Positions 23,985 through 36,970 of a DNA stretch of 64,000 nt are shown here, in pieces. The translations under genes were made by a program, and so were the position numbers. The first letter of the stretch is position 1. The number at the start of each line of letters is the position of its first letter. The stretch is taken from positions 146,570,001 to 146,634,000 of the forward strand of contig CM059432.1 of assembly GCA_030390025.1 (NCBI GenBank), given 5' to 3'. This DNA is from Squalus acanthias. Lineage: Eukaryota. The notes beneath the pieces are model-generated. The model was not told the origin of the DNA. It did no database searches and saw nothing but the letters and a program-made list of their open reading frames with translations.

Positions 23985-24800
23985 TGTGTCATCAACCATA
24001 TCTGCAGGCCTGCACACACTTAATCGCCATGAGGAATTGACTTCACAGGGTCCAAATCAGCAACTAGTCAGTTGAAGATCTGTGCTACCTGCTGTAATGA
24101 TGCCTGCAGTCAACCTGCACCATGGGGATGGTTCTGCTAGTGGCAGTCAAGGTCATCACCTCCTTCAACTTATCTGCCTCCACCTCTCTCCAGATAGCAC
24201 TTGTAATTCAGGACTAGCAGCAGAGGTGGGGTAAATGAGGGGTAAGCAGGCATGGGATGGAGGTCTGGCATGCTGCCTGCACCTCTCAGGTTGTCTTGGA
24301 ATATATAGCTTGATGATTTTGAAACATATCGACCACACAGAGCAGTCACCTGCTTCCATTAATTTTGTACATATGGCAATATAATGTTGGTTACAGACAA
24401 CCATGAAGGAGGGATTCCAGAGAATTCACAGGCGTGCATTGTTCTACATATCAGTGGACATGTTAGGGACATGCTGTCCAGTGGCATGCACGGTTAGTTG
24501 CTATCAGTGGCAGGAGTGCACCACCATGTGACATGTGACTGCAGACATGTCTCTGAAAGCAATACACCCTCAGCAACTCGAGCACAGGAGACTCCCAGCA
24601 CCAATTCTGCTACGTCAGGGAAGTTGCTGCTGGGGGTTTGGGAGTTGTGCAGCCTTGGCTGAACCACACAGCCTACATAGGAGCCCACTGTCCATCATTC
24701 GTTCTCAATCAAATAGTTGTGTCACATTTGCCTCAGAATGAACACATCATGCATACTCCCCGAGATACTTGCATCGAGATGCATTATTTCCTGGTGGAGA
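23985..24800 (+). pseudogene. Very old Harbinger transposase relic
   Basis: VAVKVITSFNL-like stretch near 24140 and HS...HIMH-like stretch near 24690-24770 resemble the 12.6 kb and 32.4 kb transposase relics. Confidence 0.35.
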
Positions 24801-25019
24801 CCACCTGTCATTTGAATGTTGATGGAATAATAGCTCTTCCCTTTCAGTCATGCCACGGATTGTTGGTCGTGCACTACATGCACAGTCTACCAGAGTCTGT
24901 ATTTTGTGGAATTGAGAAGTGTGATACTACTGACACAAGCTCTGCTGCCACAGCTGATGGTTGCAGATAAACTGTGTGTCCAGCTCGGTACTTTATTTAC
25001 CTCCTTAAAGAGTGATGTA

Positions 25020-25745
25020 GAATCATAGAATGGTACAACACAGAAGGAGGCCATCCGGCCCATCACACCCGTGCCAGCTCCTTGAAAGAACTCTTCAATT
25101 AATCCCACTCCCCCGCTCTTTCCCCGTCGCCCTGCAAATATTCCCCTTCAAGTATTTATCCAATTCCCTTTTGAAAGTTATTATTGAATCTGCTTCCACC
25201 GCCCTTTCAGGCAGCGCGTTCCAGATCACAACTCGCTGCGTCAAAAAAATTCTCCTCATCTCCCCTTTAGTTCTTTTGTCAATCACCTTAAATCTGTGTC
25301 CTCTGGTTACTGATTCTTCTGCCACTGGAAACAGTTTCTCATTATTTACTCTCTCAAAACCCTTCATGATTTTGAACACCTCTATTAAATCTCAATTTAA
25401 CCATCTCAGTTCGAAGGAGAACAATCCCAGCTTCTCTAATCTCTCCATGTAACTGAAGTCCCTCATCCCTGGTACCATTCTAGTAAATCTCCTCTGCACC
25501 CTCTCTAAGGCCATGACATGCTTCCTAAAGTGTGGTGCCCAGAATTGGACACAATACTCCAGCTGAGGGCTAAACAGTGTTTTATAAAAGTTTACCATAA
25601 CTTCCTTGCTTTTGTACTCTATACCTCTGTTTATAATGCCAAGGATCCTCAATGTATTCTTAACAGCCTTCTCAACTTGTCCTGCTACCTTCAAAGATTT
25701 GTGTACGTATACCCCCAGGTCTCTCTGTTCCTGCACCCCCTTTAA
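25020..25745 (-). mobile_element. CR1 3' fragment
   Basis: ORFs 25392-25736 and 25095-25379 ([21 protein letters not shown]). Confidence 0.92.
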
Positions 25746-26519
25746 AAGCTTATCAACGCTTGCTCAGCTCGTCACATTTAAGGCAAGTTGAATGGCGAAT
25801 TCCAAACTCACAGATCGGGCATCAAGTGAGCGTTGCACACTCACTGACGTCACGATCTGCATCATCTCCATAATTTTAGCGATCGTTGATATCGGCAGCG
25901 CTGCCGGCCATCAGAAAATGGCGACCGCTGCGGGACCTGTCAGCAGCTGGCGGAAGAGCGGTGGCCAACATCTGGCGGTGACGGGTGGCAATAAACAACC
26001 CCGATTTCGAGGCCTATATCTTTTCCTTACGTTAATTGACAGCTGCCATTTTTACCCTCACAGTAGTTTTGAATAAAACCCCTCTGTTTCACCCCACCCA
26101 CCCATATGAACAATAATTTTACAGAGTGCTTTACAGAGTAGCCCCTGAATCTGGGTGCAGTGTCTGCTCACTGCCGTTCAATTAGTGCTTCACCAGGATT
26201 TCAATCAAGTGGATGTAGGAGAGATTTCCCAACGTAATTGTGCAGGGAAGAGAACTTTGATATATAATTATTGTGTCATTGAAAAAATTGCTGAATGACA
26301 AAAAAAGAGCTGGAGCAGGCAGTGGCTTGCTGTGCTTTCTGGTTCTAATTTTAACACCTACGTATTATATACAGTGTTGAAGAAATGAACACAAACTTAA
26401 TTACCTGAGTGCATCATAACTGCAACTGATTGTAATTGAGCCCCTACTTTATGGCTCTTATAACTAATAGCTTTTTACATCAGTCGACATGCAACAATAT
26501 TTTGTGCAATTGCTACACA

Positions 26520-27617
26520 CAATCATATCAAAATTTGCAGATGATACAAAGATGGGAGGGAAAGTAGTGAGTGAGGAGGACATAAAAAACCTGCAAGGGG
26601 ACATAGACAGGCTAAGTAAGTGGGCAGAGATTTGGCAGATGGAATACAACACTGGAAAGTGTGAGGTGATGCACTTTGGCAGGAAAAATCCTAGAGCAAT
26701 TTATTATCTTAATGGCAAGAAACTGGAGAGTACTGAAGTGCAAAGGGATCTGGGGGTCCTGGTGCACGAAACTCAAAAGGTTAGTATGCAGGTGCAGCAA
26801 GTGATTAAGAAGGCAAATGGAATGTTGGCTTTCATTGCTAGGGGGATAGAATATAAAAATAGGGAGGTATTGCTTCAGTTGTACAAGGTATTGGTGAGAC
26901 CGCACCTGGAATACTGCATACAGTTTTGGTGTCCTTACTTAAGGAAAGACATCCTTGCTCTCGAGGCAGTGCAAAAAAGGTTCACTCGGTTAATCCCGGG
27001 GATGAGGGGGTGGTCATATGAGGAGAGGTTGGGTAGATTGGGACTCTACTCATTGGAGTTCAGAAGAATGAGAGGCGATCTTATTGAAACATATAAGATT
27101 GTGAAGGGGTTGGATCGGGTGGATGCGGGGAGGATGTTCCCGATGACGGGTGAGACGAGAACTAGGGGACATAGTCTTAGAATAAGGGGCTGCTCTTTCA
27201 AAACTGAGATGAGGAGGAACTACTTCACTCAGAGGGTGGTAGGTCCATGGAATATGCTGCCACAAAAAGCTGTAGAAGCTACAACATTAATTAAATTTAA
27301 AACAGAAATAGACAGTTTCCTAGAAGTAAAGGGCATTAAGGGTTACGGGGAGCGGGCAGGAATTTGGACATGAGTCTAGGTTCGGATCGGTCATGGCCCT
27401 GTGGGTAGTGGAGCGGGCCCAGGGACTGTGTAGCCTGATTCTGCTCCTATTTCGTGTGTGCAATTCTGTTAGATGCAGGAGATGGTTCTGTGATAGATAG
27501 TAGATTGGCGGTTAGGATCAGATCAGCCATGATCTTATTGAATGGCGGAGCAGGCTCGAGGGGCCGATTGGCCTACTCCTGCTCCTATTTCTTATGTTCT
27601 TATGTTCTTATGTTCTT
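26520..27617 (+). mobile_element. Young CR1 3' portion, uninterrupted RT C-terminal frame, double 3' UTR
   Basis: ORF 26489-27373 (ISKFADDTK...LVRPHLEYC...); (TTCTTATG)n tail. Confidence 0.95.
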
Positions 27618-27925
27618 ACACGAGCCTCCTCTCACACCTCATCATCTCCTTAAATGAATCTGTGCTATTCACCTCAACTACTCCTTGAGGTAGCGAGTTC
27701 CACATTCTAACCACTCTTTGGAGAGAGAATACGCTATTGGATTTATTGCTGATTATCTTATACTATGGCCACTAGTTTGGCTCGACCCCCACAAGTGGCA
27801 ACATCCTCTCTCTATGCCTACCTTACCAAACCCCTTCATCATTTTAAAGCCCTCTATTAAGTCACCCCTCGAGCCTTCTCTTTTCTAGAGGAAAAGAGCA
27901 CAAGCCTAATAAGTTGATCCTCTCA

Positions 27926-29708
27926 GGCCGGAGTTTTCCCGGCGCTCAGAGCACGGGTTCGGAGGCGGGTCAGCTGTCAAAATAGAAAAGATTGACAGTG
28001 GGTCGGGATCCCGCTGTCAACCCGCTTCCATGTCAGTTTCCCAAGTGCCGGGTCTGTCTGCGCTTTACAGACCCGACACCAAGCAGCGGGTGAGCCAATT
28101 GACATAGTTAAGAGCTGGTTAAAAGGTACTTAAACAGCATTTTACCATGTACTTACCATTTTTCCAGCTTTTTAAAGAGTTTCACGGCGCTTGGGGATCA
28201 CGTCAGGTAAGTAAGTCGGGTTCTCAACGACTCTCCATTGCTCTCAATAGGTGACAGCTGCAAAAGTGGTATAAAAACTATCATTTCACAGCTGTTCACT
28301 TTCCAATGTTAGAAGCTGGAGCATTAATGATTTGGAATATACTTTTGAGCTTTAGGCAGGTTGGAAGTGTTTGGAGTAAACTCTCTATCCACTGTCACCT
28401 CCTTGGAGCAACCTCTCTCACCATTGACAGATTGCTTCTGTCATCTCAACCTCACCTGCCATCTATTCCAGCCCTTGAAACAATCTCACCTTGGTCCTCT
28501 GAATCCCAACATGATCAGCCCCAACACCAATATCACTGGGCACACCAGCAGCACCAATAATAATACCAACCTTCTCCGCAATCACCTGATGCTGCACAGG
28601 ACACGGGGCATCAGCACCCAAGCACATTGCTGCCCGGGACACCAGGAATGGCCTCACCATGGCCAGATGTACTTCACTTGATGCTGTACACCCTGGCTGC
28701 CACAAGATGTGCCAGGTTGGCACCACCCCACACCAACACCATAAAGCATCCATACAATGCCCAAGCCATTCCTTTCACACTCATCACCATTGTGGGGGGT
28801 ACCGTTATGTCTCACCATTCACTGCAACTCACTAAGCCACTTCCAAAGGTGCACACAAATCTGTCCAAGAACGCAAAGTGTTGAAAATAAAGATTTCAAT
28901 GTTTGACACCACATTAACAGAAACTTTACATGATCATTGGTGAAAACACCCAAGTGCCTACCCTTGTGTGTTGTTAGTTGGTATGATTGGACTAGGATGA
29001 GGGTGAGTCTGAGGGGTGACTAGTGAGATGGGGATGTGATGATGTAGATAGAGAGCAAGGGATGGGTAGAGGTGCAAGGTAAGTTGGTGTGAGCAAGGAT
29101 GTGCAGGAGTAGGGTAGGGAAGGCAGAGTGATGGGGATGTGATGAGTGGCACAGCAGGATGAGGTTGAGTGTGACTTTGCAGTAACATTTCGTGATCTAC
29201 TAAGATCATTAAAAGGTTTGCGGCACTGCAGCCTGGTACTCCTGATGACATCCCTGCTTGTGTCCTCCTGTGCAATGTGCAACCAGGCTGCGTTGATGTC
29301 CTGGGGACGACTCTTCTGCCCATTGGAAGGGAAGATAACCTCCCTGCGTGCTGTGACTCCCTCCATAAGCATATGGAGGGAGTCATGGGAGAGCCTGGGT
29401 GCAGCCCTGCACCTCTGTGCAGTGATTGTCGGTGTTTGCAGCACCTCAATGCTGTAGAACACTGACAGCGCAACTGTCAAACTCAATGTGGACATGGCCC
29501 CTTTAAGGAAACCGGCTGATGACGCGTCATCAAATGACGTCATCAGATCCGCTTCCTTTTAATTGGTCGGGAACTTCGCAGGGCGGGCTTAACAAGCCCA
29601 ATCAACAGAAAATTCTTCTCACAGAGTGGGATGGAGCCGGGAGCTGGGTCGCCATCGGCCACCTACCTCAGCCGCACTGAGCCCACCTCGGCAGGCAAAA
29701 TCGTGGCC
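27926..29708 (-). mobile_element. Non-autonomous Harbinger derivative with Myb/SANT exon (copy 2)
   Basis: Exact TCA TSD (27923-27925, 29709-29711); TIRs GGCCGGAGTTTT / AAAATCGTGGCC; Myb frame in ORF 28992-29543; inserted in an old minus-strand CR1 (~27680-29860). Confidence 0.9.
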
Positions 29709-29864
29709 TCAGTTTTGGTATCATCCTTGTGAATCGTTTTTGCAACATCTCCAGTGGCTCTATATGCTTTTTATAGTATAGAGACATGACATGTGCACAG
29801 TACTCTTAAGTGTGGTCCAGCCAAGGTTCAATACAGGTTTAACATCATTTCTCTGCTTTTCCCT

Positions 29865-31297
29865 CCAAGAAAGGAGTGAGAGAGAAAAGAGGGAACTACA
29901 GGCCAGTTAGCCTGACATCAGTTGTCGGGAAAATGCTGGAATCCATTATTAAGGAAGTGGTAGCAGGGCATTTAGAAAATCGTAATATGATTAGGCAGAG
30001 TCAACATGGTTTTCTGAAAGGAAACTCATGTTTAACAAATTTATTAGAGTTGTTTGAGGATGTAACTAACAGGGTAGATAAAGGGGAACCAGTGGATGTG
30101 GTATATTTGGATTTCCAAAAGGCATTCGATAAGGTGCCACATAAAAGGTTGTTATGCAAGATAAGGGTTTTTGGGTTGGGGGTAATATATTAGCATGGAT
30201 AGAGGATTAGGTAATGGACAGAAAACAGAGGGTAGGGATAAACGGGTCATTTTCTGGTTGGCAGGCTGTAACTAGTGGGGTGCTGCAAGGATCAGTGCTT
30301 GGGCCTCAGCTATTTACAATTTATATTAATGACTTAGATGAAGGGACCGAGTGTACTGTATCCAAGTTTGCTGATGATGCAAAGCTAGGTGGGAAAGTAA
30401 GCTGTGAGGAGGACATAAAGAGCCTGCAAAGGGATATAGACACAAGTGAGTGCCAATAAGGTGGCAGATGGAGTATAACGTGAGGAAATGTGAGGTTATT
30501 CACTTTGGTAGGAAGAATAGAAAAAACAGAATATTTTTCAAATGGTGAGAAACTATTAAATGTTGGTGTTCAGAGAGAGAGGTGTCCTTGTACAGGAAAC
30601 ACAGAGTTAGCATGCAGTTACAGCAAGCAATTAGGAGGGCAAATGGCATGTTGGCCTTTGTTGCAAGGGGATTGGAGTACAAGAGTAAGGAAGTCTTACT
30701 ACTATTGTACAGGGCTTTGGTGAGACCACACCTGGAGTACTGTGCACAGTTTTGTTTTCCTTATCTAAGGAAGGATATACTTGCCTTAGAGGCAGTGCAA
30801 CAAAGGTTCACGAGATTGATTCCTGGGATGAGAGGGCTGTCCTATGAGGAGAGATTGAATAGATTGGGCCGATACTCTCTGGAGTTTAGAAGAATGAGAG
30901 GTGATCTCATTGAAACATATAAGATTCTGAGGGGGAATTGACAGGGTAGATGCCGAGAGGTTGTTTCCCCTGGCTGGAGAGTCTAGAAGTAGGGGGCATA
31001 GTCTCAGGATAAGGGGTCGGCCATTTAAGACTGAGATGAGGAGGAATTTTTTCACTCAGGGGTGGTAAATCTTTGGAATTCTTTACCCCAGAGGGATGTG
31101 GATGCTGAATCGTTGAGTATATTCAAGGCTGAGATCGATAGATTTTTGGACTCTGGGGGAATCAAGGGATATGGGGATCGGGCGGGAAAGTGGAGTTGAG
31201 GTCAAAGATCAGCCATGATTTTATTGAATGGCGGAGCAGGCTCGAGGGGCCGTATGGCCGACTCCTGCTCCTAATTCTTATGTTCTTATGTTCTTAT
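29865..31297 (+). mobile_element. CR1 RT to 3' end (degenerate)
   Basis: ORFs 29876-30193, 30214-30459, 30582-30941; (TTCTTATG)n tail. Confidence 0.95.
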
Positions 31298-31879
31298 CTG
31301 GAATTACCTAATAGCTTGACAGTGACTGTTCATGTGTAGCACTGAAGATTATTCATAATTTAATGTCAGTCTTAACTCTCAAAGTGTAGCTTCATCCTTC
31401 ATTGTATGTACAATACATCCTATTAATTAGTACAAAGCTCCACTAAATTAATATTCCCTAAATGTGTTTCCTCCACATTTTTCCGAATGAGATGGTCCCA
31501 CACTGTGCAGTAAAATTAAAGGCGTAATTTTCTCCTTGGCTGCAGAGTAAACATGGACAAAGACATTGTGGAGTGAAGATCCTGCGGCTCTTGGGATATC
31601 AGTCTGAAGAAAAGACTAAATAACATTTCAGCTAAATGCAAGCAAACTGCTGCTTGAAGATGATGTAATCGGGGGCTGAAGTGGATATGGGACTTGGAAT
31701 TCAATAAAATGGTCATGGCCTGTGAGGAGCTACATTCACACCTCTCCTCCACAATCACGAGCCCCCTGTGGATATCAGGAGGGAAAGAAAGATGACACAT
31801 CGTTTGCACACTTGAAAATGACATTCATGTCAGGGGCTGTGATGTAAAACACTATTTTCAGCAACTTTATGGGCAAAAA

Positions 31880-32099
31880 ATTGAAATCCATTTGCCACAG
31901 TTTTGCCCATTCACTTAATCTATCAATATCCCTTTGTAATTTTATGCTTTCATCTACACTGCCTACAATGCCACCTATCTTTGTGTCATTGGCAAATTTG
32001 GATATGTGGCTTTCTATGCCACCATCTAAGTCGTTAATAAATGCTGTGAGTAGTTGAGGCCCCAACACAGATCCCTGCGAGACACCACTAGTCACATCC
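31880..32099 (-). mobile_element. CR1 RT fragment
   Basis: VTSGVSQGSVLGP...INDLD...KFANDTK in ORF 31775-32227. Confidence 0.85.
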
Positions 32100-32955
32100 T
32101 TAAACCTCTTCACACCAGGCTCCTTCCAGGCTGGAGCAGGCGACATCTGTAACATCTCCCAGTTCGCCGTCCACTCCGGTATAAAAGAGGTGAGCGAGGC
32201 TCTGTATGGAAGGAGAGCTGAATACATTTAATTCTTTCTTGCCGGAGAGAAGCAGCAGGAGCGAGCCCGCGGCTTTGCCAGGATAGCATGCTTCCCCATG
32301 GAGCACGGCGCCATTGACTGCACACGCATCGCTCTGTGGGCGCCGCATCTCAATTCGGAGATTTACCGCAACCGAAGGGTTTCCACTCCCTCAATGTCCA
32401 GCTGGCGTGCGACCATACTCAGCACATCATGCAAGTCACTGCTCGGTATCCTGGCAGTCGCCTTGATGCCTTCATTCTGCGGCAGTCTGCTGTTCCCTCA
32501 GTCTTTGAGCCACTCTGACAAACCAGAGGGTGGCTACTGGGCGACAAGGGCTATCCGCTGACCACCTGGCTCATGACTGTACTGTGCAACCCATGGACAC
32601 GTAACGTAACGAAAGCCAAGCTGCCACATGGAATCTGATAGAGCAGACTATTGGCATCCTAAAGCAACGCTTCTGCTGCCTGGACCGCTCTGGAGGAGCC
32701 CTGCAGTACTCACCAGAGTGCGTCTCAAGATTCGTCATGGTCTGCTGCATGCACGGCAACCTCGCCATCATGAGGGCACAGTCCTTGCCACAGAGACCAG
32801 CTGAGGAGGAGGAGAAGGAGGAAGAGGAGGTGGAGGAGGAATTGTAAGAGAAGGAAGAGGAAGCAGAAGAGGAGGAAGCGGAAGGGAGGAGCCAATCCAG
32901 ACAGCACCTTTCTGCCCGGGCTGTCCGTGATCGACTCATCCGACTGTGGTACTAG
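32100..32955 (+). pseudogene. HARBI1-like Harbinger transposase, 5' truncated, frame-shifted
   Basis: [77 protein letters not shown], acidic tail. Confidence 0.92.
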
Positions 32956-33089
32956 TGAGCGCAACCAAAATTCACCATTCAATAATAGTTCCACACCTTC
33001 CCTTCCCTTTGTTACTGACCATCACAACGTCCTCTTGACCACAATGCTACAATAAAAGCCACCACAAAACAAACAGCAAGGGCACTGGC

Positions 33090-34735
33090 GGAGTGGCAGT
33101 GGTGGGAGGACGAATGCTGTCATCCTGAGAGAGAACAACAGGTTCGTCCTCCACGGAGCCAATGCCACTCCCCTGGGGCGGCGCCTCAGCATTCTCGTCA
33201 TCTGCTGGAGGACGGATTGCTGTTCTGCTGTGTCACCCTGCAAGCCCCTGTTAACACTGGTAAACCCAACCATGATGGCAGCACTTTATGCTTGAGTGAC
33301 AGGAAACTGAGCTTGCATGACTTCAGTCCGAGTATCCACTGCAGCACTCAGAGGTTGGGTGATTGCTGCTTGTGCTGCAATGGAAGCTGAGACATCGGCC
33401 ATCAGTCGCTGCATCATGGTTGGGTCCACAAGTGCGCTAATGGATCACCACGTTCACTCTGGAAAAGACAGGGTCCAAGCTCTGCCCAAAGCCCTGTGCA
33501 AAGTTGGAGTCAGACTCCTCCATGCTCCTTGACATTGAACTCAGGCTTTCTGGGAGGCCTGCCAATGCACCAAGCATTTCGTTATGCATACCCACCAGCC
33601 TTCTTCTGTAGGCCGCCCCATTGAAGTCCTCATCTCAGTCCTGTGCAGCAGAACTCATGTGCGACCTCGCCTTCTGGGGAGCTGGCACCTGCACTACCCT
33701 TCCCCCCCCTGCCCTGGCTGCAGCCCACTCGTGCCCAGTGACTCAGCACATGCGGATCCTACCTCTAAGCTACCCTCTAAAGTCCGCGCAGTGCCGGTAT
33801 CTGAGCTGGTGGCTGCGAGTGTCAGATCGAGTGACCGTGTTTCTTCTTCATCATCACCCTCCTCTCCCTCTTCTTCTTGCACCACTGGCTGGGCAGGTTG
33901 GATTTCTTGGGTCTCTGAAATGAGAAAGGCACGAGGGTAGGGTCGTGGTGAGGGGAGGAGGGAAAGCAAGAGCTGCGTGCTTACACGATCTGCAGCTTGT
34001 AAATCAGAAGTGTTTGTGGGACGAGGGGGTAGTGGGATGTGAGGAGGAGAATTAGTTATCACCTTTAATGGTTTCAGCGCCGCTGCTGGCCATGGCCCCA
34101 GTCACAGCCACTTCAATTATGGTGAGCACTGTCTCCTCGAGGTGTGTCAGAAGATGGAGGCGCGCCTGTCCTTCTCCGGTTAGCTTCAGCTGCCTACGAT
34201 TGTGTGCCACCTTGTCCTGCAAGAGAGAGTGTCAGTGAGTGTGGTTCGCTGTGTTTGGCTGATGTGGCTGCCATGGTTGAATAGCTGGCAGTGTGTGCAA
34301 GCTTTGAGATGTGGGTGTGAGGCTTGCAGCAGTGGAAAGTGTGTGACAGTGAGAAGGAGCATATGAATGTAAGGTATGAGTCGTGATTGATAGAGATTGT
34401 TGGTAGGTGAGTAATGGGGGTGTGGTGAATTAAGCAGTGTCTGATGCAAATGGTGCAGTTTGTGGAATATTGCATTTGAAGATGCATTCAATAACCTTGA
34501 TCACTCGTGCGAGGTCATTAAACTTCTTCCTGCACTGCATCCAGGTCCTCGGGGCTGCACTGCTTGCATTGACAGTGATGACTATCTGCTCCCATTCCCT
34601 TCTCAGCGTTTGTCTGGAGGGCCTCCTGGCCCACTGTGGATACAAGACATCTCTCCTCCTGTCCATCTCCTGCACCAGGGCCTCAAGTCCTCCATCTGAA
34701 AATCTGGGAGCCCTCTCTCTGCCATGTTGCACCAT
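33090..34735 (-). pseudogene. Harbinger Myb/SANT-like gene (3 exons), convergent with the transposase
   Basis: Exon 1 34735-34496 (RAPRFSD..LEALV...W..I...VNASSAAPRTWMQCRKKFNDL); exon 2 34216-34063 (TTGCAG|DKVAHNRRQLKLTG); exon 3 from 33914 (TTTCAG|), acidic; element end near 35050. Confidence 0.88.
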
Positions 34736-35814
34736 CTTCACCCTTGCTGTAGGTCACACACTCCTCTACAACGACTTAAAGGGGAGGTGCAGCCAGAATG
34801 CACCTCCCCTTTAAGAGGCGCAGGCTGGCTTTAAGAACTGCAGGCCAGCTTGAATTGGTGCTAGCCTCGCATGAACTTGGGCCCCCTGCTGTGCGTGCAG
34901 CCATTCTATAGTGCATTTAGCGCCAGGCTGCATGCCACTATCATTCTAATTAGCAGGCAACTCCAAGTTTGCGTGCTGCCTGCATGACATTGAACGGGCG
35001 TCGCGCGTCGTGACCTCCGTGCCTGTTTTCGGGCCTGATCCAATTGTTAGCTCTCAGGAGTTTAGAATGGTTGGTCTCCAAATGGATACTTATTTAGAAT
35101 ACTGAATGATTCATTGGTTCCTCTGAATACCCAAACCCTTCCAAGTGAATCGATTACTCACAACATGTATACACCGTTGGTGATAGAATTCATTGTTGCA
35201 GCTAGCACCATTGTCACATTTAGTGGAACTTTGGTATTAGATATTTGGGCAAATTGGCTGATGCTGTGCTCCCAGCGGGGACTCGAGCTTGAAGGGAGCA
35301 CGGACTGGAGAATTGTAGCCCTATCACCATTCCCCGCTCCCTTTGAACAGGATCAGTGAATTCATCCTATTAAGGTCAATCGAACTTCCGAAAAGAAATT
35401 CAAGCCCTTCAACCTGTTTTCCTACAGATCCCTGTTGCTTTATAGAGCAGTGATAGAACAATGAAATGATAAAACAAAACAAGCTTTAACTTCCTGCACT
35501 TGCCATTCATTTACAACTCAGCTTGAGGCCAGCAACAACTGTAACGTCAAAATCCTATATGATCAAGCTCGCTGATGAGATCAAGTGAATGTGATAACAC
35601 AACCGTTACTTCGCTGAAATCACGATCTCCTTTTGAAGCGGAGCAGCCGCTAAAACTTTTCATCAATTTAGTGACTTTCAGGCGGAATGAAACCATAGTG
35701 AGCTGGCTGTTAAGATGCCTGTAAATTGCTGTTTTCTTCATGAACTGCACTCATTCATTCCCCTGGTGAAGGTCAATACACTCCATGGCCTTTTATTCCA
35801 CATTGACTGATTAA

Positions 35815-36180
35815 TAGTCCGGGAAATTACAGCCTTTAACGCCAGCCGTTAAGACTGGTTTGGAAGAAAAAAATGGCGGCCGCCTCACTTCTGCCCGCTT
35901 CTGGCGCGGAACGCGATGGCCGCCATTTTGGGCAGGTCGGCAGCGCTGCCATTTGCCTGCGCTTGCTTCCCATATTTAAATGATCCAGATCGTGACGTCA
36001 ATTTGGCATGTCACGCCTGAATTGACGCATGATCTGTGATTTTGGACATCACCACTCTTAATAACACCCTCTCCAAACCACGCACGGAAGAACGTGCGTG
36101 CAGCTGTACAACGGAGCCGCTGTCAACGCTTCTTAAGGGGACACACACAACCTTCAGGTAAGTTTAGATTTTTTGCTTTT
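35815..36180. mobile_element. GC-rich transposon end (MITE family D fragment)
   Basis: Similar segments at ~25750-26010, 39742-39890 and 45585-45775. Confidence 0.5.
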
Positions 36181-36299
36181 GGACTGGTTTCTTTACATTT
36201 TATTGTAGTAGTGGCTTGGTGTAATACATTTAAAAAGTTGTTAAAATGTGCAGGGAGTGCAGGGAGTGCTGCTGGACATTTGCAAGGCTTTGGTTCTTA

Positions 36300-36950
36300 A
36301 AGGAAGACTAGTGGTGCAGTTGGTAGGAGACGACTTTTGAAGATGCATTCACTGACCTTGACCACTCGTCTGAGGTCATGAAACTTCATTGGGCACTCGA
36401 GCCAGGTCCTGGGTGCAACACTGCTGGCAGTGACCACCTCGGTGATCTGGTCCCATATCCTCCTTTCTGGAGGGCCTCCTGGACCCCTGTGGGTAGAGGA
36501 TCTCTCTTCCGGTGTTGACCCCCTGCACAAAGCTTGAGTGCTGCTGAGACCCTGGGTGCCCCTTCCCTGGCCTGTTGATCCATTTGTATTAGTGCTGAAG
36601 CACTTTGAGCATTTTTGATCAGCAGAAGGCAGCTCACCTTTAGGAGGAGCAGACTGCCTCGTGCTGAAGGAATTTTTTTTTTTTACCTGCAGAAGTCAGC
36701 TCAGCGTTCAGAGCTGCAGACTGCCTTCCTCACTCCCAGCAATGCGAACGTTGGCTCCCTGCTGAGGTCACAGCCTGTCAGCAGTACGTTCCGTGCTAGA
36801 CTGTCCACTTCAATCATGGTAATTAGCATGCAACATGAGGTTGACGTGCTGCCTGCGCTTTTTGAATGGGCGCGGGCATATCTCGCATTGTGGTGCGCAC
36901 GCCCGCGTTCCAGCGGTATCCAATAGTCTTTCTGTGCAGTGCAACAGGAA
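36300..36950 (-). pseudogene. Harbinger Myb/SANT exon 1 plus upstream end, decayed
   Basis: WDQITEVVTASSVAPRTWLECPMKFHDLRRVVK; similar to 34440-35040. Confidence 0.8.
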
Positions 36951-36970
36951 TTGCCCATCACTCACTTATG

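Noticed and set aside
32100..34735. Domesticated host genes HARBI1/NAIF1
   Set aside because: Frameshifts, stops and multiple paralogous relics indicate transposon copies.
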